A stretch of DNA of 64,000 bases from Diplonema japonicum (Eukaryota; Protista; Euglenozoa: Diplonemea). A program made the translations under genes and the position numbers. Position 1 is the stretch's first letter. The number at the start of each line of letters is the position of its first letter. Positions 1-12,560 of this stretch are shown in pieces. Location of the stretch: positions 434,001-498,000 of the forward strand of contig OZ025710.1 of NCBI GenBank assembly GCA_964019335.1. Direction: 5' to 3'. Below the pieces are notes generated by a model that had not been told where the DNA came from, searched no databases, and saw only the letters and a program-made list of their open reading frames with translations.

Positions 1-2
1 CA

Positions 3-584
3 CCGCAAGCACTTGAAAAACCTGTTGAGGAAAAAGCAAACAAACGGCTGCTTGCTGTGGACTTGGAGAACAAGATCCGCGAGGACCCCATGATGGCCAT
101 GCAGGCGGCAAGAATGCAAGCACTGCAAGAGAAACTGAACGATCCGATGTGGGCGCTTGCCTTGAACCAGAAACGGAAGAAGAAACACGAGAGTAGCAAG
201 AAGAAAGAGAAGAAGGAGATGAAGCACCGCCGACGGAGGGACTCCACAGACTCAACAACAACGAGGCGTGTGAAGAGGATCCGCAGGGAGGAGGACGAGG
301 AGCGCAGGGCGGCCAACTCGTACAACAAGTACAACAGAAGACGCCCCGAGCTGACGGAGGGGGAGAAGAGGCAGCGCTTGCGTGACATGGAGTCGGATGC
401 CCGCAGCTGGGAACGTGAGAAGAGGAACAGAATCGACACAGCCGGCAGGCGGGACAGGCGGGAGGAGGAGGAGAACAAAACGGGCGGGGCGTCCTACATG
501 CGCGAGGTGAACAAGCAAATGATGGGAAGGTCCCTTGAGGAGAGAATACGGACGAGCAAGAACCGGTTTGTGGCTTGTGTGTGA
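3..584 (+). CDS. CWC25: CWC25-like splicing factor, 5'-truncated by the window edge; paralog of 1343..2317 with a shorter Lys-rich segment and a different C-terminus
   Basis: nt 1-~183 match 1641-~1823 and ~228-562 match ~1955-2290; contains LENKIREDPM; ends KNRFVACV* versus KNWSERVGSD*. Confidence 0.7.
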   Translation, partial: PQALEKPVEEKANKRLLAVDLENKIREDPMMAMQAARMQALQEKLNDPMWALALNQKRKKKHESSKKKEKKEMKHRRRRDSTDSTTTRRVKRIRREEDEERRAANSYNKYNRRRPELTEGEKRQRLRDMESDARSWEREKRNRIDTAGRRDRREEEENKTGGASYMREVNKQMMGRSLEERIRTSKNRFVACV

Positions 585-667
585 TGATGACTTTTGTACA
601 ATGTGCCATTAGGAGTCCCTTTAGCTTTCTGCCACATGCCTTTTGTGTCTGGGTCGTCACTCAGCGC

Positions 668-707
<40 letters not shown>

Positions 708-877
708 CGATCCTGTCACCTGTCACATGCAAGACTTTTTTTATAAGTATATGCAACTTGTGCCGAGCAAAAAACTTTCGCAGCATTTTAGAAACCTTTT
801 TGCTCGTGCGAACAAAAAGACATGGATAGTCATTAAGAATTTTTTTTCTTACAACGCAGACTACCTACATATCTTTT

Positions 878-1008
878 AGCAAGCAAACTTTTTGAAAGAA
901 TTGTTATTGTAAAAAAAAAAAAGAAAAAAAGAGAAAAAAAAGAGTAGGGGCAGCTTGTCCTGTAGGCGAAACCGGCTTGCACAAACAATCAGCTGACTCT
1001 TTTTTTTT
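878..1008 (+). mobile_element. Degenerate solo terminal repeat (A+B) of the YR retrotransposon at 35.8-39.8 kb
   Basis: 'tttgaaagaattgttattg...agagtaggggcagcttgtcc..tgtaggcgaaaccggcttgcacaaacaatcagctgactctttt' matches the reverse complement of 35805..35922, with substitutions, an expanded A tract and a ~12-nt deletion. Confidence 0.85.
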
Positions 1009-1342
1009 CTCACGGGCCTTTTTTTTTTTTCTCATTTGTTGTCTTCCCTTTCTTTCTGATATCTTCCTTAGACCTTCACCAGCAGGATCAATATGGACTG
1101 CCGGGGTCGCACCCCCCTACCCCCCCCCCTATATTAAATAATCACTGCATCTTATTCCTTTCTAGCTCTCATGCGGTGTGCTAGCTTACGGCCAGCCCTC
1201 GATTTCCTTACTTTTGTTTTCTTTTTTATCTTTGAGGATTCCAAAGATTCACCCCATCCCATCCCACCCCCCATTCAAATACCACAGGACACACCACCCC
1301 ACCTCATCCTTCAAAAACAAAACAAAACAACAAGCTGCTAAG

Positions 1343-2317
1343 ATGTACGCCAAAAAGCAAACGAACATCATGCGGCACAAGCACTGGCACACCGGTGGCT
1401 TCATAATGCGTGATAAGGTGGCAAAAGCACAAGAAAAGGAAGAATTAGAGAAGAAAAAGCAGGACATAAGGGAAAAAGAGAGGGAGAAGGAAAGAGAGAT
1501 CAAATACTACCAAGAACTGCAAGAGCAGGCAGGCGGTGAGAAGAAAAAGGAACGCGTGGACTGGATGTACGAATACGGAGGGGTAAGGAAGCAGGCAGGG
1601 GTCGGACTGGAGATGGTGAGTGCTGACAAACCAACAACTACACCGCAAGCACTTGAAAAACCTGTTGAGGAAAAAGCAAACAAACGGCTGCTTGCTGTGG
1701 ACTTGGAGAACAAGATCCGCGAGGACCCCATGATGGCCATGCAGGCGGCAAGAATGCAAGCACTGCAAGAGAAACTGAACGATCCGATGTGGGCGCTTGC
1801 CTTGAACCAGAAACGGAAGAAGATGCAAGAGAAGGAGGAAAAAAAGAACAAAAAGGACAAGAAAGAAAAGAAAAAAGAAAAGAAAGAGAAGAAAGAAAAG
1901 AAGGAAAAGCACCGCCGTCACAGGTCCTCCTCCTCGTCAACAGGCAACAGGAAGCGCCGACGGAGGGACTCCACAGACTCAACAACAACGAGGCGTGTGA
2001 AGAGGATCCGCAGGGAGGAGGACGAGGAGCGCAGGGCGGCCAACTCGTACAACAAGTACAACAGAAGACGCCCCGAGCTGACGGAGGGGGAGAAGAGGCA
2101 GCGCTTGCGTGACATGGAGTCGGATGCCCGCAGCTGGGAACGTGAGAAGAGGAACAGAATCGACACAGCCGGCAGGCGGGACAGGCGGGAGGAGGAGGAG
2201 AACAAAACGGGCGGGGCGTCCTACATGCGCGAGGTGAACAAGCAAATGATGGGAAGGTCCCTTGAGGAGAGAATACGGACGAGCAAGAACTGGTCGGAGA
2301 GAGTGGGGAGCGACTAG
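1343..2317 (+). CDS. CWC25: Pre-mRNA splicing factor CWC25-like
   Basis: N-terminal KHWH...KVAKAQEKEE...ERVDWMY (Cir_N/CWC25 pattern), LENKIREDPM, Lys/Arg-rich tail; ATG at 1343 follows an A/C-rich leader. Confidence 0.85.
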   Translation: MYAKKQTNIMRHKHWHTGGFIMRDKVAKAQEKEELEKKKQDIREKEREKEREIKYYQELQEQAGGEKKKERVDWMYEYGGVRKQAGVGLEMVSADKPTTTPQALEKPVEEKANKRLLAVDLENKIREDPMMAMQAARMQALQEKLNDPMWALALNQKRKKMQEKEEKKNKKDKKEKKKEKKEKKEKKEKHRRHRSSSSSTGNRKRRRRDSTDSTTTRRVKRIRREEDEERRAANSYNKYNRRRPELTEGEKRQRLRDMESDARSWEREKRNRIDTAGRRDRREEEENKTGGASYMREVNKQMMGRSLEERIRTSKNWSERVGSD

Positions 2318-2456
2318 TTTTGTGGAACGACAGAAAAGAAGAAGAAGAAAAAAAAAATATAACAACATCATTGTCCCTTTTTTTTTTCTTGCTATTGTTG
2401 TCTCCCCTTGTCCTTCATCACCCCCTCCCCTCCCTTCCCCTCCAGGAAGAAGAAAC

Positions 2457-3305
2457 ATGGCAGCTGTTGAAAGTTGGCGCGGGATGCAAAGGGTGTGGAC
2501 GCAGACTGCAGTGGAGCGAATAGCAAGGGGGGTCCGAAGGTCGGGCGGCAAGGGGCAAGGCGGCACCACAGGCGAGCGGAAGATAACCATGTGGAGCGGG
2601 AACTTCGAAAACCGAGCCAGGAGGATGGAAGGGATCAAGAGGGTCATCCTTGTACGGCACGCGCAGAGTCTGGCTAACGCCAACAACGAGGTCTACAGCA
2701 ACACAGAAGACTGGAAAATAGGCCTCACAAAGAGAGGACGGGGCGCTGCGAAAAACGTAGGTGTGAAAATCAGAAAACTAGTAGGGAACGGCCCGTGTGT
2801 GGTGTACACATCGCCGTTTAAGAGAACAGTCGACACGTGCCTCGAGCTGGTGCATGGGATGAAGCAGGCAGGGTACAAGGGTGCCATCAACATCCGTCAG
2901 GACCCGAACATCACAGAGCAGCAGTTTGGGAACTACCAGAACCCCCGCACCATGTCGCACCTGTTCAGCGTCAGGCAGCTGTACGGAAGGTTCTTTTGGC
3001 AGTTCTCCGAAGGGGAGTCGGGGACAAGCGTGCACCAGCGTGTCGCGACCTTCACGGACACAACGCTGCCAGGTGTCGCTGCTTCGCACCGCCCAGCGCA
3101 AGACCTCACTGTGGTCGTGGTGACCCACGGCCTGGCTTTACGGGCGTTTCTTATGTCGTGGTTCTGGCTTGGCGTCCGGTCGTTTGAGAAGATGAAGAAC
3201 CCGTCCAACTGCGCTGTTGTGGTTCTACAGCGCGGACCTGACGGCGGGTACAGGATGGACACAGCAGAGAGCGAAGGGTTCACAGGGATAAAAGAGTTGC
3301 CTTGA
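2457..3305 (+). CDS. Histidine phosphatase / phosphoglycerate mutase family protein (DET1-like); start codon uncertain
   Basis: ILVRHAQS (RHG-type motif), YTSPFKRT, EQQFGN, GES and VVTHG motifs. Confidence 0.85.
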   Translation: MAAVESWRGMQRVWTQTAVERIARGVRRSGGKGQGGTTGERKITMWSGNFENRARRMEGIKRVILVRHAQSLANANNEVYSNTEDWKIGLTKRGRGAAKNVGVKIRKLVGNGPCVVYTSPFKRTVDTCLELVHGMKQAGYKGAINIRQDPNITEQQFGNYQNPRTMSHLFSVRQLYGRFFWQFSEGESGTSVHQRVATFTDTTLPGVAASHRPAQDLTVVVVTHGLALRAFLMSWFWLGVRSFEKMKNPSNCAVVVLQRGPDGGYRMDTAESEGFTGIKELP

Positions 3306-3421
3306 ACACTTTTTTTGTTTCTTTTTTTTTTTTTCTTCTTTTTTACATGTTTCTGTGAATCAACCCCCCCCCTCACTCCGACAGGGAAAAAAAAAAAGAA
3401 AAAAAAAAAAAAAAAAAGGAA

Positions 3422-3973
3422 ATGCACATTCCTAACCGCAAGACGTGGTCAGAGGTGCAGAATTCTCTTTCGTACCATGAGACGCTTCCCATCATCGCGG
3501 AGATAGTATCGGGGATCGCGCAGTCGGGCAGCCACCGGGGGGTGCATGGGGGGGTGTGCCACCACCCGGTGGGGCATGTTTTTGAGTGCCCTCCCAGCGG
3601 GCCTGGTGTCTCTCTTCAAGACTACTTGATCCGCCTGTGCAAGTACGGCATGTGCAGCAGCAACACCTTTGTCACAATGGTGGTGTTGATCGATCGAATT
3701 GCCACCAAGGCACACTTACCTATTACTGAGCGGAATATACATAAGCTGCTTCTTGCCACGTTCTTGATTTCGGTGAAGCTAACAGAGGACCAGTGTTATA
3801 GCAACGCGTACTACGCGGGGGTTGGAGGGATGTCCACTTCTGCTCTGAATTCGCTGGAAAAATGTGCGCTTCAGTTGCTGAACTGGGATCTGTTTATCGC
3901 TGAGTCCGAGTACAATAATTACCTCCAAAATTTTGAGGCGTTCCGGGCGCAGAACTATCCGAGGGGTGTTTAA
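3422..3973 (+). CDS. PHO80/P-U-type cyclin
   Basis: DYLIRLCKY...LIDRI...NIHKLLLATFLISVKLTEDQCYSNAYYAGVGGM..LNSLE..L.LLNWDL, the cyclin-U/PHO80 box pattern. Confidence 0.9.
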   Translation: MHIPNRKTWSEVQNSLSYHETLPIIAEIVSGIAQSGSHRGVHGGVCHHPVGHVFECPPSGPGVSLQDYLIRLCKYGMCSSNTFVTMVVLIDRIATKAHLPITERNIHKLLLATFLISVKLTEDQCYSNAYYAGVGGMSTSALNSLEKCALQLLNWDLFIAESEYNNYLQNFEAFRAQNYPRGV

Positions 3974-4482
3974 AGAAAAAGGGAAAAAAGAAAAAGAAAA
4001 GAAAAAAAAAGTTCCCCCTCTCAGCCGATTCCTTTTTCCCTTTCTTTTCTTTTTTCTTTTTTTTTTTCTTCTTTTTTTGTTGTCTACTATTCCGGAAAGA
4101 ATAGCAGAAGGGTGTGTTCCAGAAAAAAAAAAAAAGAAAAAGAGAAAAAAAAAAAGGAGGGGAAGGAAGAAGGGGAAAAAAAAAAAGTTTTTTTTTTTTA
4201 CCGGAATGAATAGAAATGAAATGGGAAAAAAAGAGGGAAACCAAAAAAAAAAAAAGAAAATTGAAGCAAACACCCACAAATCGATTTGGAGAATGAAATG
4301 TGGGGGAGAAATGAGAAAGAAAATAAAAAGTTTTTTATTTAACAGAGAGTGGATGGGGAACTTAATAAATAAATTCGAAAAAAAAAAAAAAAAAAGAAAG
4401 AAACAAACAAAAAAACCTCCCCATCTTCCCCTTCCTCCCTATTTTTCTTTTGTCACTGAAGAAAGAAAGAAAATTTACTTTC

Positions 4483-4521
<39 letters not shown>

Positions 4522-5572
4522 CCTCCCCCTTGGGTGATCGGTAGTAACTAATTGAACCCGCCCCCTCTTTTTCTTTCCAGCACTTCCATTTCCCTCCCAT
4601 TGAGGCCTTTGCCTTGCCCCTTTCCCCCCTTCCACCTTACAAATATAATCAACCATTGCAGACATGACTTCAAAGCGAAATGTGCATCCCCCCCAACCAC
4701 TTTTTGTTTATGGAAGAAAAAAAAAACCCCCGTATGTTTTTTTTTAAATAGAGAACCCCGCTTGCCCACTTTAAAAAAAAAAAGGGGAGAGAGAAAAAGA
4801 AACCTGCCGCCTTGGAAATCCACCCTTCACAATGGAAGAGGAAGGGTATACATGACGTGCAATATTTTTTTTTTTTTAAATTCTAAAACTTAATTATTTA
4901 ATAATACCTGCTTCTTCTTTTTTTTTTCTTTTTTTTTCTTCTTTTTTTCATTGCGAGATTTATACCATATTAACCCTGGACCCCCATGTCATATAATATA
5001 TGTCATGGAAAAAAAAATGAAAAAAAAAAAAAAAAAAAGACCCCAAACAAATGCAAAGTTGCTAAAGCCCACTGACACACCCGATTTTTTTTTTTTTTTT
5101 AAAGGAGAAAAACGTTAGCTTGCAGGGTAAAATAAGCGAGGGGGAAAAAAAAAAAGAATATATAAAGTTAATATAAGTAAAGTTGTTCCCTTCCATCCTA
5201 GCAGGTGGCAGAGGTGATTTCTTTTAGAATGCAGGAAAAAAAAAAAAGAGAGAGAGAAAAAAAAATAAGTAAATAAAGTTTCTTGAGGATGTTTCTTAGC
5301 TTGCCCCCACCTACCGATTTGTTTCCCTCCCTCCCCTCCCCAACTCCCTACAGCTGTAACTTGTAAAACTTTTTTTTAAGAAAAAAAATGTAATCAGAAG
5401 GAAATATATAAAAAAAAATGCCAATGACAATCAAAAAAAAAAAACAGAAATAAAAAGAAGAAAAAGTCTCTTTGGCCATGACAAAGAAAGGAGAGGAGCG
5501 GTGTTCACCCCCTCCCAGTTTTTTTTTTTTTAACTACCATTAATTCGCACTTTCTTTTCTTTTTATTTTGCG

Positions 5573-5605
<33 letters not shown>

Positions 5606-6311
5606 CAGGACATATATGACAACTGTCTATTAATTCATAAACAAGAAGTGGGGAAAATTTAAAAAAAAAAAGAATAAAAAGAAACTTGGAAAAACTGTCA
5701 CCACAAGAGCGTTTTTTTTTTTTTTTTTAAACTTATCAAATACCTATCTCATACCCCACCCACCCGCCCTTTTTTTTGTTCACTCCGCCACCTGAGAAGA
5801 ACGAAAATTCCTCACTTGGAGTCACTTACCTCGTATTTGAACAACTCTTTTAAAAAGACCACCTAACAAACAGTCAATGCCCCCCTTTTTTTTGTTTTTT
5901 CCCCTCCCTTTTTTTTCCGAAGAAAAAAAAAATAAATAAAAAGTATAGAACTTTTTAGAGTTTTTGTTTCTCTCTTTTCATCTTTATCCCTCCCCCCCCC
6001 TCCTTTTTTTTGACATTGCAGTCTAAAAAAAAAAACCCCCCCTCACCCCATTTTTTTTTTAAAGAATACCTCAACGTTTTAAAAAAAACAGAATAAAAAG
6101 AAAGAATAGGAATGGGGGGGATTTTTCTTTTTAAAAAAAGAAATGCACCTCCCTCACCTCGCCCGCAGTCTATTCACACCCCCCCCCCCCCCCCCCTAGG
6201 CTAACAATACAGCCAAGCAACAAATCGGATGAATCAGGTGCTTTTTTCACAAAATAGTAAAAACTCTTTCCAAAATAAATCTAAAATCAACGCACCCCCT
6301 GGGCACCTCGA

Positions 6312-6379
<68 letters not shown>

Positions 6380-8258
6380 ACAGCAGTGATTTTTGAGAAC
6401 TTTTTTTTTCTGGCAAAAAAAAAAAAAAATTCGTTCATCTTTCATTTTTATTTCACAGCTTCCCCCCCCTCTCCAGCAAAAAAAAGAGAGAAAAAAAAAA
6501 TAACAGAAAAAGAAAGGCTTTTTAAAAAAAAAAAAAGAAATAATTTCAAAATAGAACGAAGGTAAAAGAGGAGAGGAGGGGAGTAAAGAAAAGGAAGAGA
6601 AAAAAAAAAAAAGAAGGAGTCCCTTCTCTTATACCCTTTTTTCGTGATCTTCGCTGCCACCCCTCATTTTTTTATTTCCCCCCCCTTAATTAGTACCCCT
6701 TGTGGATTAAGGAAGTACTAATTATAACACCCTCATTCCCCCACCCCTTCTGATTTCGCGAGCACCGGAGTACCCCTTGATGATAGTAATGGCAAGGTTG
6801 GCATTGCGCTTTACAAAGCTACCTTAAACGCTGCCGAGCAAGTTTATTTCTCTTTTATTTTCCCTTCTCCGTGACTGGTTTTTCAGCAATACCAATGTAG
6901 GGGGAGGGGGAATAAATGAAAAAAAAGTGCGAAAATAAACCATAAAAAAGAAATCCCCCCCCCCCCCCCCAACTTTGGGAAAGTAAACAACTAAACAGCG
7001 CCTTTTGACTTTTTTCTCGTTTACGTGATTCCCGCGTAGTTCCCCTTTCCCCTGTATGCAAGTATGTAAGCCGCCCAGTGGAATTTTTTTTTTTTTTTTT
7101 TTTTACCGTACCGGTCTGACTCCTGTGCCCTTTTTTTCTTTCTTTTTTCTTAGAGACAAAAAAAAAAAAGAATAAAAAATATATGTGGTGGTGGTCTTTT
7201 TTTTTTTAATTTTTATTTTTATTTTTTTTTTTTCCTCTCTCGGTGGTTGGGTTACAATTCCCCCATCATTGTGAGGGGAAGAAGAAGGGAAGATATATAG
7301 TAGCATATAAAGTACCTCAGTCAGTGGGGGGGGGGGGGGGGGAAATGGGATTTAAAAAATAAAAAAAATATACCGCGTGCAGAAAGGCTCTCTGTAAAAT
7401 TCTACAAGAGTGGCCTTTCTCCCGAGAAACCCTTTTATTTCCTCTTTTTTTTTTCACTTCTCCTTTTCGGTCTTTCGTCCCTTTGTTCTCCTTTCTTTCA
7501 TCCCCCTTATATGTTGTGAGAGTTTTAAGGCTTTTTTTTTTTTTTTTTTTTTGGTTGGTTCCTTTGTTGAGGTCTTAGCTTTCCCCACTGAAGGTACACA
7601 AAAGGGAGGGAAACATAGGTAATATACCAGCAAATCAAACAAGAAACTAGGTTATGGGTTTTTGCTTGTGGTGTGCAGCCACCGTCTACTCTTTTGGTTG
7701 GCTGCAGCAGGAAAGGCAACACTAATTAATGTCAATAAGAAAAAAACTTGCTTTTAGGTCCGGCAAGCAGGTTTCGGGGAGAAAAAAAAATGGCTCTGCC
7801 CCCTTTTTCCAATGTGACTTCTCTTCTTTTCTTTTTTTTTTTTTTTCCGTTGCTGTTCCTCTATTTTTTTTTGTCTAATAATAACTACAAAAAAAAATGC
7901 GAAGAAAAAAAAAAAAAAAAAAAAAAAAGGCTCTTAATAATAACTACCATCTGCCAATACCACACTAAACGGGTCAAGGGGGCCCCTGGGTTACCAGGAG
8001 GCCTTCTGCTTAGATGGCAAACAACAATGATTCCTAAAAGTAGGAATTGAAGTTTCTTTTTTGTGTCAGAATGCGAGCTTTCTACCTACCTATCTCCTGA
8101 CCCTCTTAAGTGTCCCTCCCTTCCCCCTTTAGAGCTTTCTGTATTTTTATGGCAAAGCAGGGGGGAGAGGAAGATGAAGGATGAAGAGGGATATTTTCTT
8201 ATTATTCTTTTTTCTCGTTGCTGTCCTTCGACCGTGTCCAGAAACACGAGTTTGGCCT

Positions 8259-8292
<34 letters not shown>

Positions 8293-8757
8293 TTTTCTCT
8301 TTTTTTTTTTTTCTTTTTTTGTGCGGGAAGAACAAAGGAAGTATTAAAAAAAAATCTTTTTTTTTATTGTTCCTTTTCTTTTTTTTTTCTTCTTCCTGCC
8401 TTGATGTATGATAAACCATTAAAACTGAAAGGCCACAAGACTTAGATTCTTATATTAAAAAAAAGTGGAGGATTTTTGCCATATACATAAATTCTGATGA
8501 TAAGATGGGGAAGAAGGAGTGGAGTTTTTGTTAAGTGAATGATGAGCACCCACCCGCACACTGAAATTTATCTTTTTTATTTTTTTTATTTTTTTATTTT
8601 TGGCAAGGAGATCTTACACATGTTGTCGATATGCTAACTTCAATTTTACTGGCAACAAAAAAAAAGGGGTCCTTTTAGGGGGGGTTTTTTTTTTCCCCTC
8701 TTTTTTTTTTTTTTTTTTTTAGGCGTCCTGCCACATACCGCAGGTACCCTTAAATGT

Positions 8758-8810
<53 letters not shown>

Positions 8811-10635
8811 GATTCGGTATCTTTCCATTTCTTTAAAAAAAAAAAAGCCCTTTTGTTTCTCGCCAGCCAACAAAAAAAAAAAAAAAAAAAAAAACCGTCA
8901 AGTTATTTTTCTTTTTGGGCAGCGGAAAAAGGTCCCCCCCTCCCTCCCCTAATTTCCAGGCTTATCTGTTACTTCTCCGGTTCAGTTGCGTTCGGCCCCC
9001 TCTGCCGCCACCTTGTTTTTACATTTTTTTTCTTTGATAGGCCGTTACCAGCACTCCCCCCCCCCCCCCCCCCTCATAGTGATTTTCTTCTTTAGAAGAT
9101 TATCGCACACAGAAGCAGCAAGCTCAAGTGATGTTTTTTTTTTTTTTTTTTTTAACCTTAAAATGCCTCTTTTCCTGACTTTTTTTACTACTTCTCTCGA
9201 CATCTTCTTCGCCAAAGAACGGTTACACTACTGCAGGGGAGGGGGGGTATGTTGGCAAGGAAACGTGTTACCGTAGCTGGTTTCCTTATTATTCAGAAGA
9301 AATCGTGTTCCCTTCTTTAAGAAAAAGCCCCCAAAAATAAGGAAACGTGCTTCCATTCCGTATCTGTTTCTTTTTTTTTTTTTCAAAAAATACTTGGGAA
9401 CACGTTCTTGCCAACATAGCTAGCCCTGGGGGGGGGGGGGGGTGTTAGAGAAAAAAATATGCACTCCCATCCCATTTCCTTGATCGTTATTCTTTTTTTT
9501 TTTCTCTTCTTTCAATGGGAAAAAAAAAAAAAAAAAAAAAACTCAAACAAAAAAAAGGGGAAAAAAAAATATCAGTAGTAAAGAAGAAGCATTGTTTTTA
9601 GTTTTTTTTTTTTTATAGAAATTAACTAAAAATAGTCTATCTTCTCGCACTGAGCAACCAAAAAAAAAATAATAATAATAATAATAATAATTCAAAAGTC
9701 ACCCAACTAGGTGCGCAAACAAAAGAATTTTTTTTCTTTCCTTTTTTTCGTTTAATAAAAAGAAAAATGTAAGAGGTACAGCACGGCCACACGGTTCTTT
9801 ATCAACAGCAACAAAACCAAATCTGTTGTTCTCTCTGGTGTTGTTTTATTTATCGGGGGGGGGGGGGGGGGGGTTGTTATTTGGTGGAGATCAGAAACCC
9901 TCCCCTTCCCATTCTTTTTTTTGGGGGGATCTTTTTTACACAATTCTGCGCATAGTCAATTTCGATTTAAAAAAAAAAAAAGATATCTGTTTTTTTTTTG
10001 TTGAAAACTAATGCTTCACAACACCATTCCACACCACCACCAGTATCGGTCTTGGGTGCGATGAACGGCTTTGCATTCGTAAATGTAAAGAAAAAAAAAG
10101 GAAAAAAAAACTTTTTTTCGATACATGCACGCAGGAAGGTTTAGGACACCCCCTTTTTTTTCTACAACCAAACAAAAAATAATAACTTTTCTGATCAATT
10201 TTCAAAAAAAAAATGAAGAAGGAAAAAAAAAAGGGGGGAAAAAAAAAGAAAAGGCTCACAGAAAGAAAAAAAAAAGAGAGAAAGAAAATAAAGAAGGGGT
10301 TGTGGAAAGAACAAAATATTTAGGCCCCCCCCCGCCGTACGTTGTTCCTGTTTAGCTGAAAGGGGGAGGGGGGGAAAAAAATGAAGGCCGGAAGAGGATG
10401 GATCATGCATTACGTGAGGGGTGGTACAGAAAGAAATACAAGATTTTTTTTTCCCCTTCGAGGATGAACCCCAGAGGACGAACGAAAAAGAAGAAAAAAA
10501 AACCATCCAAAAACCTTGCCCATCCCCAGGTGCCTTTTTGCGATTCTAAATCCCCCTCCCTCTCCTTCTCTGATTCTAAATCCCGCCCCTCTCCAAGAGG
10601 CAAACTTTGAACTTTTCTTTTCCGTGTGTTGTTTT

Positions 10636-10676
<41 letters not shown>

Positions 10677-10703
10677 CTCCGCATACCTAAAAGAATAGTT
10701 TCT

Positions 10704-10750
<47 letters not shown>

Positions 10751-10932
10751 TCCAGAACAAAAAAAAAAACGGAGGAAGCGAGACCTCATCCTTCACCCCT
10801 CCCCCTTGTTAGCGGTGTTGCAGGTGGTTGCAAATCCTTCTGCCACACAGCACTCCAGTAAATGCTCTTTCTATCGAGAAAGAACCTTGTGGCGCGCTGT
10901 CAAGGAGAAAAAAAAAATAAATAAAAACCGAA

Positions 10933-10965
<33 letters not shown>

Positions 10966-11118
10966 CTAAAGCCTCTTTAGAACACCTGTTTTTGACTTCT
11001 CCCCAAGGTGTGTCCTGAGCAACACAAGGACACACAGATCCCGTTCACATCATCGACCTTTTCTCGTCAAGGGCTTGTAGGACGGCATTCAAAAAACTCG
11101 TTTCTAGAGGTGCTTCAA

Positions 11119-11160
<42 letters not shown>

Positions 11161-11271
11161 CAAAGCTGGGAAAACCACCGAAGAAGGAAAAACCGCTGTT
11201 AAAGGGGGATGCAGGTAGTGGATGAGAACAAGGGGGGCGTCTCTCAAAGACCTCCTTTTAACTCATGTATT

Positions 11272-11318
<47 letters not shown>

Positions 11319-11866
11319 CCCTTTTTCTGTAGTTGCGGGTAGGGACCCCCAAAGTCATACAGTATTTTTATTATTATTATTATTATTATTTTTTTTTAAT
11401 CTCCCTGTAATAAGGAGAAAAATATTGTAATTAAAACCAAATAAATAAAAGGAAGAAAAAAAAGGGGGGGGGTTAAGTTTTGTATGTCCATTGCACGTTT
11501 TGTTTTTTCTTCTTTTTCTTTTTCCTCCATGGTTGTTGTGACCACTCCCCTATGTGTTTCCTGCCCCCTTTTCCCCGTTATTTTATTCAAGCTGATATAC
11601 TGGGTCTCGAAGAGAAGGGAGGAACCCCACCGCTTGTCTTAAGATGTCATGTTTTGTGCACCATGTGCCGTGGACGCAGATAAGGAAAAACCCCTCTTCT
11701 TCATTTTGTAGTGCTTTTTTTTTTTTTTTTTTTTTTTTTATCTCTGAAAAAAAAACGGACTATTAATGTAATGAAAGAGTATGACGGTGTGAAGGAGTAC
11801 CCTGAAGGGGTCTTTGCATCGATCTACCTGTCAAACAACAAATATCCCCTTCCCTTCCCTATCCCC

Positions 11867-11905
<39 letters not shown>

Positions 11906-12024
11906 CTCTTTGCGTCCTCAAGTGAATCGATTTTTTTAATTTTTTTTTTTAAAGGGGTAAAAGTCAACATTCAGTTCACAGTCTCTTGTGAAACCGTATT
12001 CCTACTTTTTCCTCAAAAAAAAAA

Positions 12025-12056
<32 letters not shown>

Positions 12057-12560
12057 AAAGGAGAACGGGAAGAAATAAGAACCAGGAGCTAAGAAGGGAC
12101 GAAAACCCCCCCAAAAAAAAAGGAAGGAAGAAGAAACCTCCTTCTGTTGCCCCCACTCTCGCTTCCTCCCCTTTTTTTTTTCTCCTTTTTTTCTTTTCTT
12201 TCTACCCCCCCTTTTTTTTATTCCCACGAAGATCTCTGGGAGTGACATGAACAAAAGTACAGAAGTTCAAGAAACTAATCGAGAAGACGAACATGTATGA
12301 CATGCATTGTGCGAGGTAAAAGGTAGCCTTTCTAGTCGTAGAACTTGAGAGTGATATCCCTATGGCCATACTCACGCTGAAGGTCACATAAGAAACTGAT
12401 ATCTGCAACGAAAGTGAGGCTCCAGAACGAGAGGACCAAGAGAGACTGACGCCCTAGGGGCGGTCCTCATGTGGGATTTGCCTTAAGCATCGCCTTTTTT
12501 TTTTCTTCTTTCCCCTCCCCCTTTTTTTTTTCTCCTCATCTTTTTCCTTTTATTTCTCTA
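3974..12560. repeat. Long non-coding low-complexity region dense in poly-A/T/C/G runs
   Basis: Many homopolymers (e.g. ~64 T at 6314-6377); ORFs here are dominated by poly-Lys/poly-Phe. Confidence 0.85.

Noticed and set aside
6687-6724. Small hairpins (also ~764-806, ~15141-15172, ~55818-55846)
   Set aside because: Stems of 8-10 bp are expected by chance in AT-rich DNA; no supporting context.
8491-8568. Possible box C/D snoRNA (TGATGA…TGATGA…CTGA)
   Set aside because: Box C is imperfect, the terminal stem is minimal, and I cannot identify an rRNA-complementary guide; a snoscan/Infernal search would be needed.
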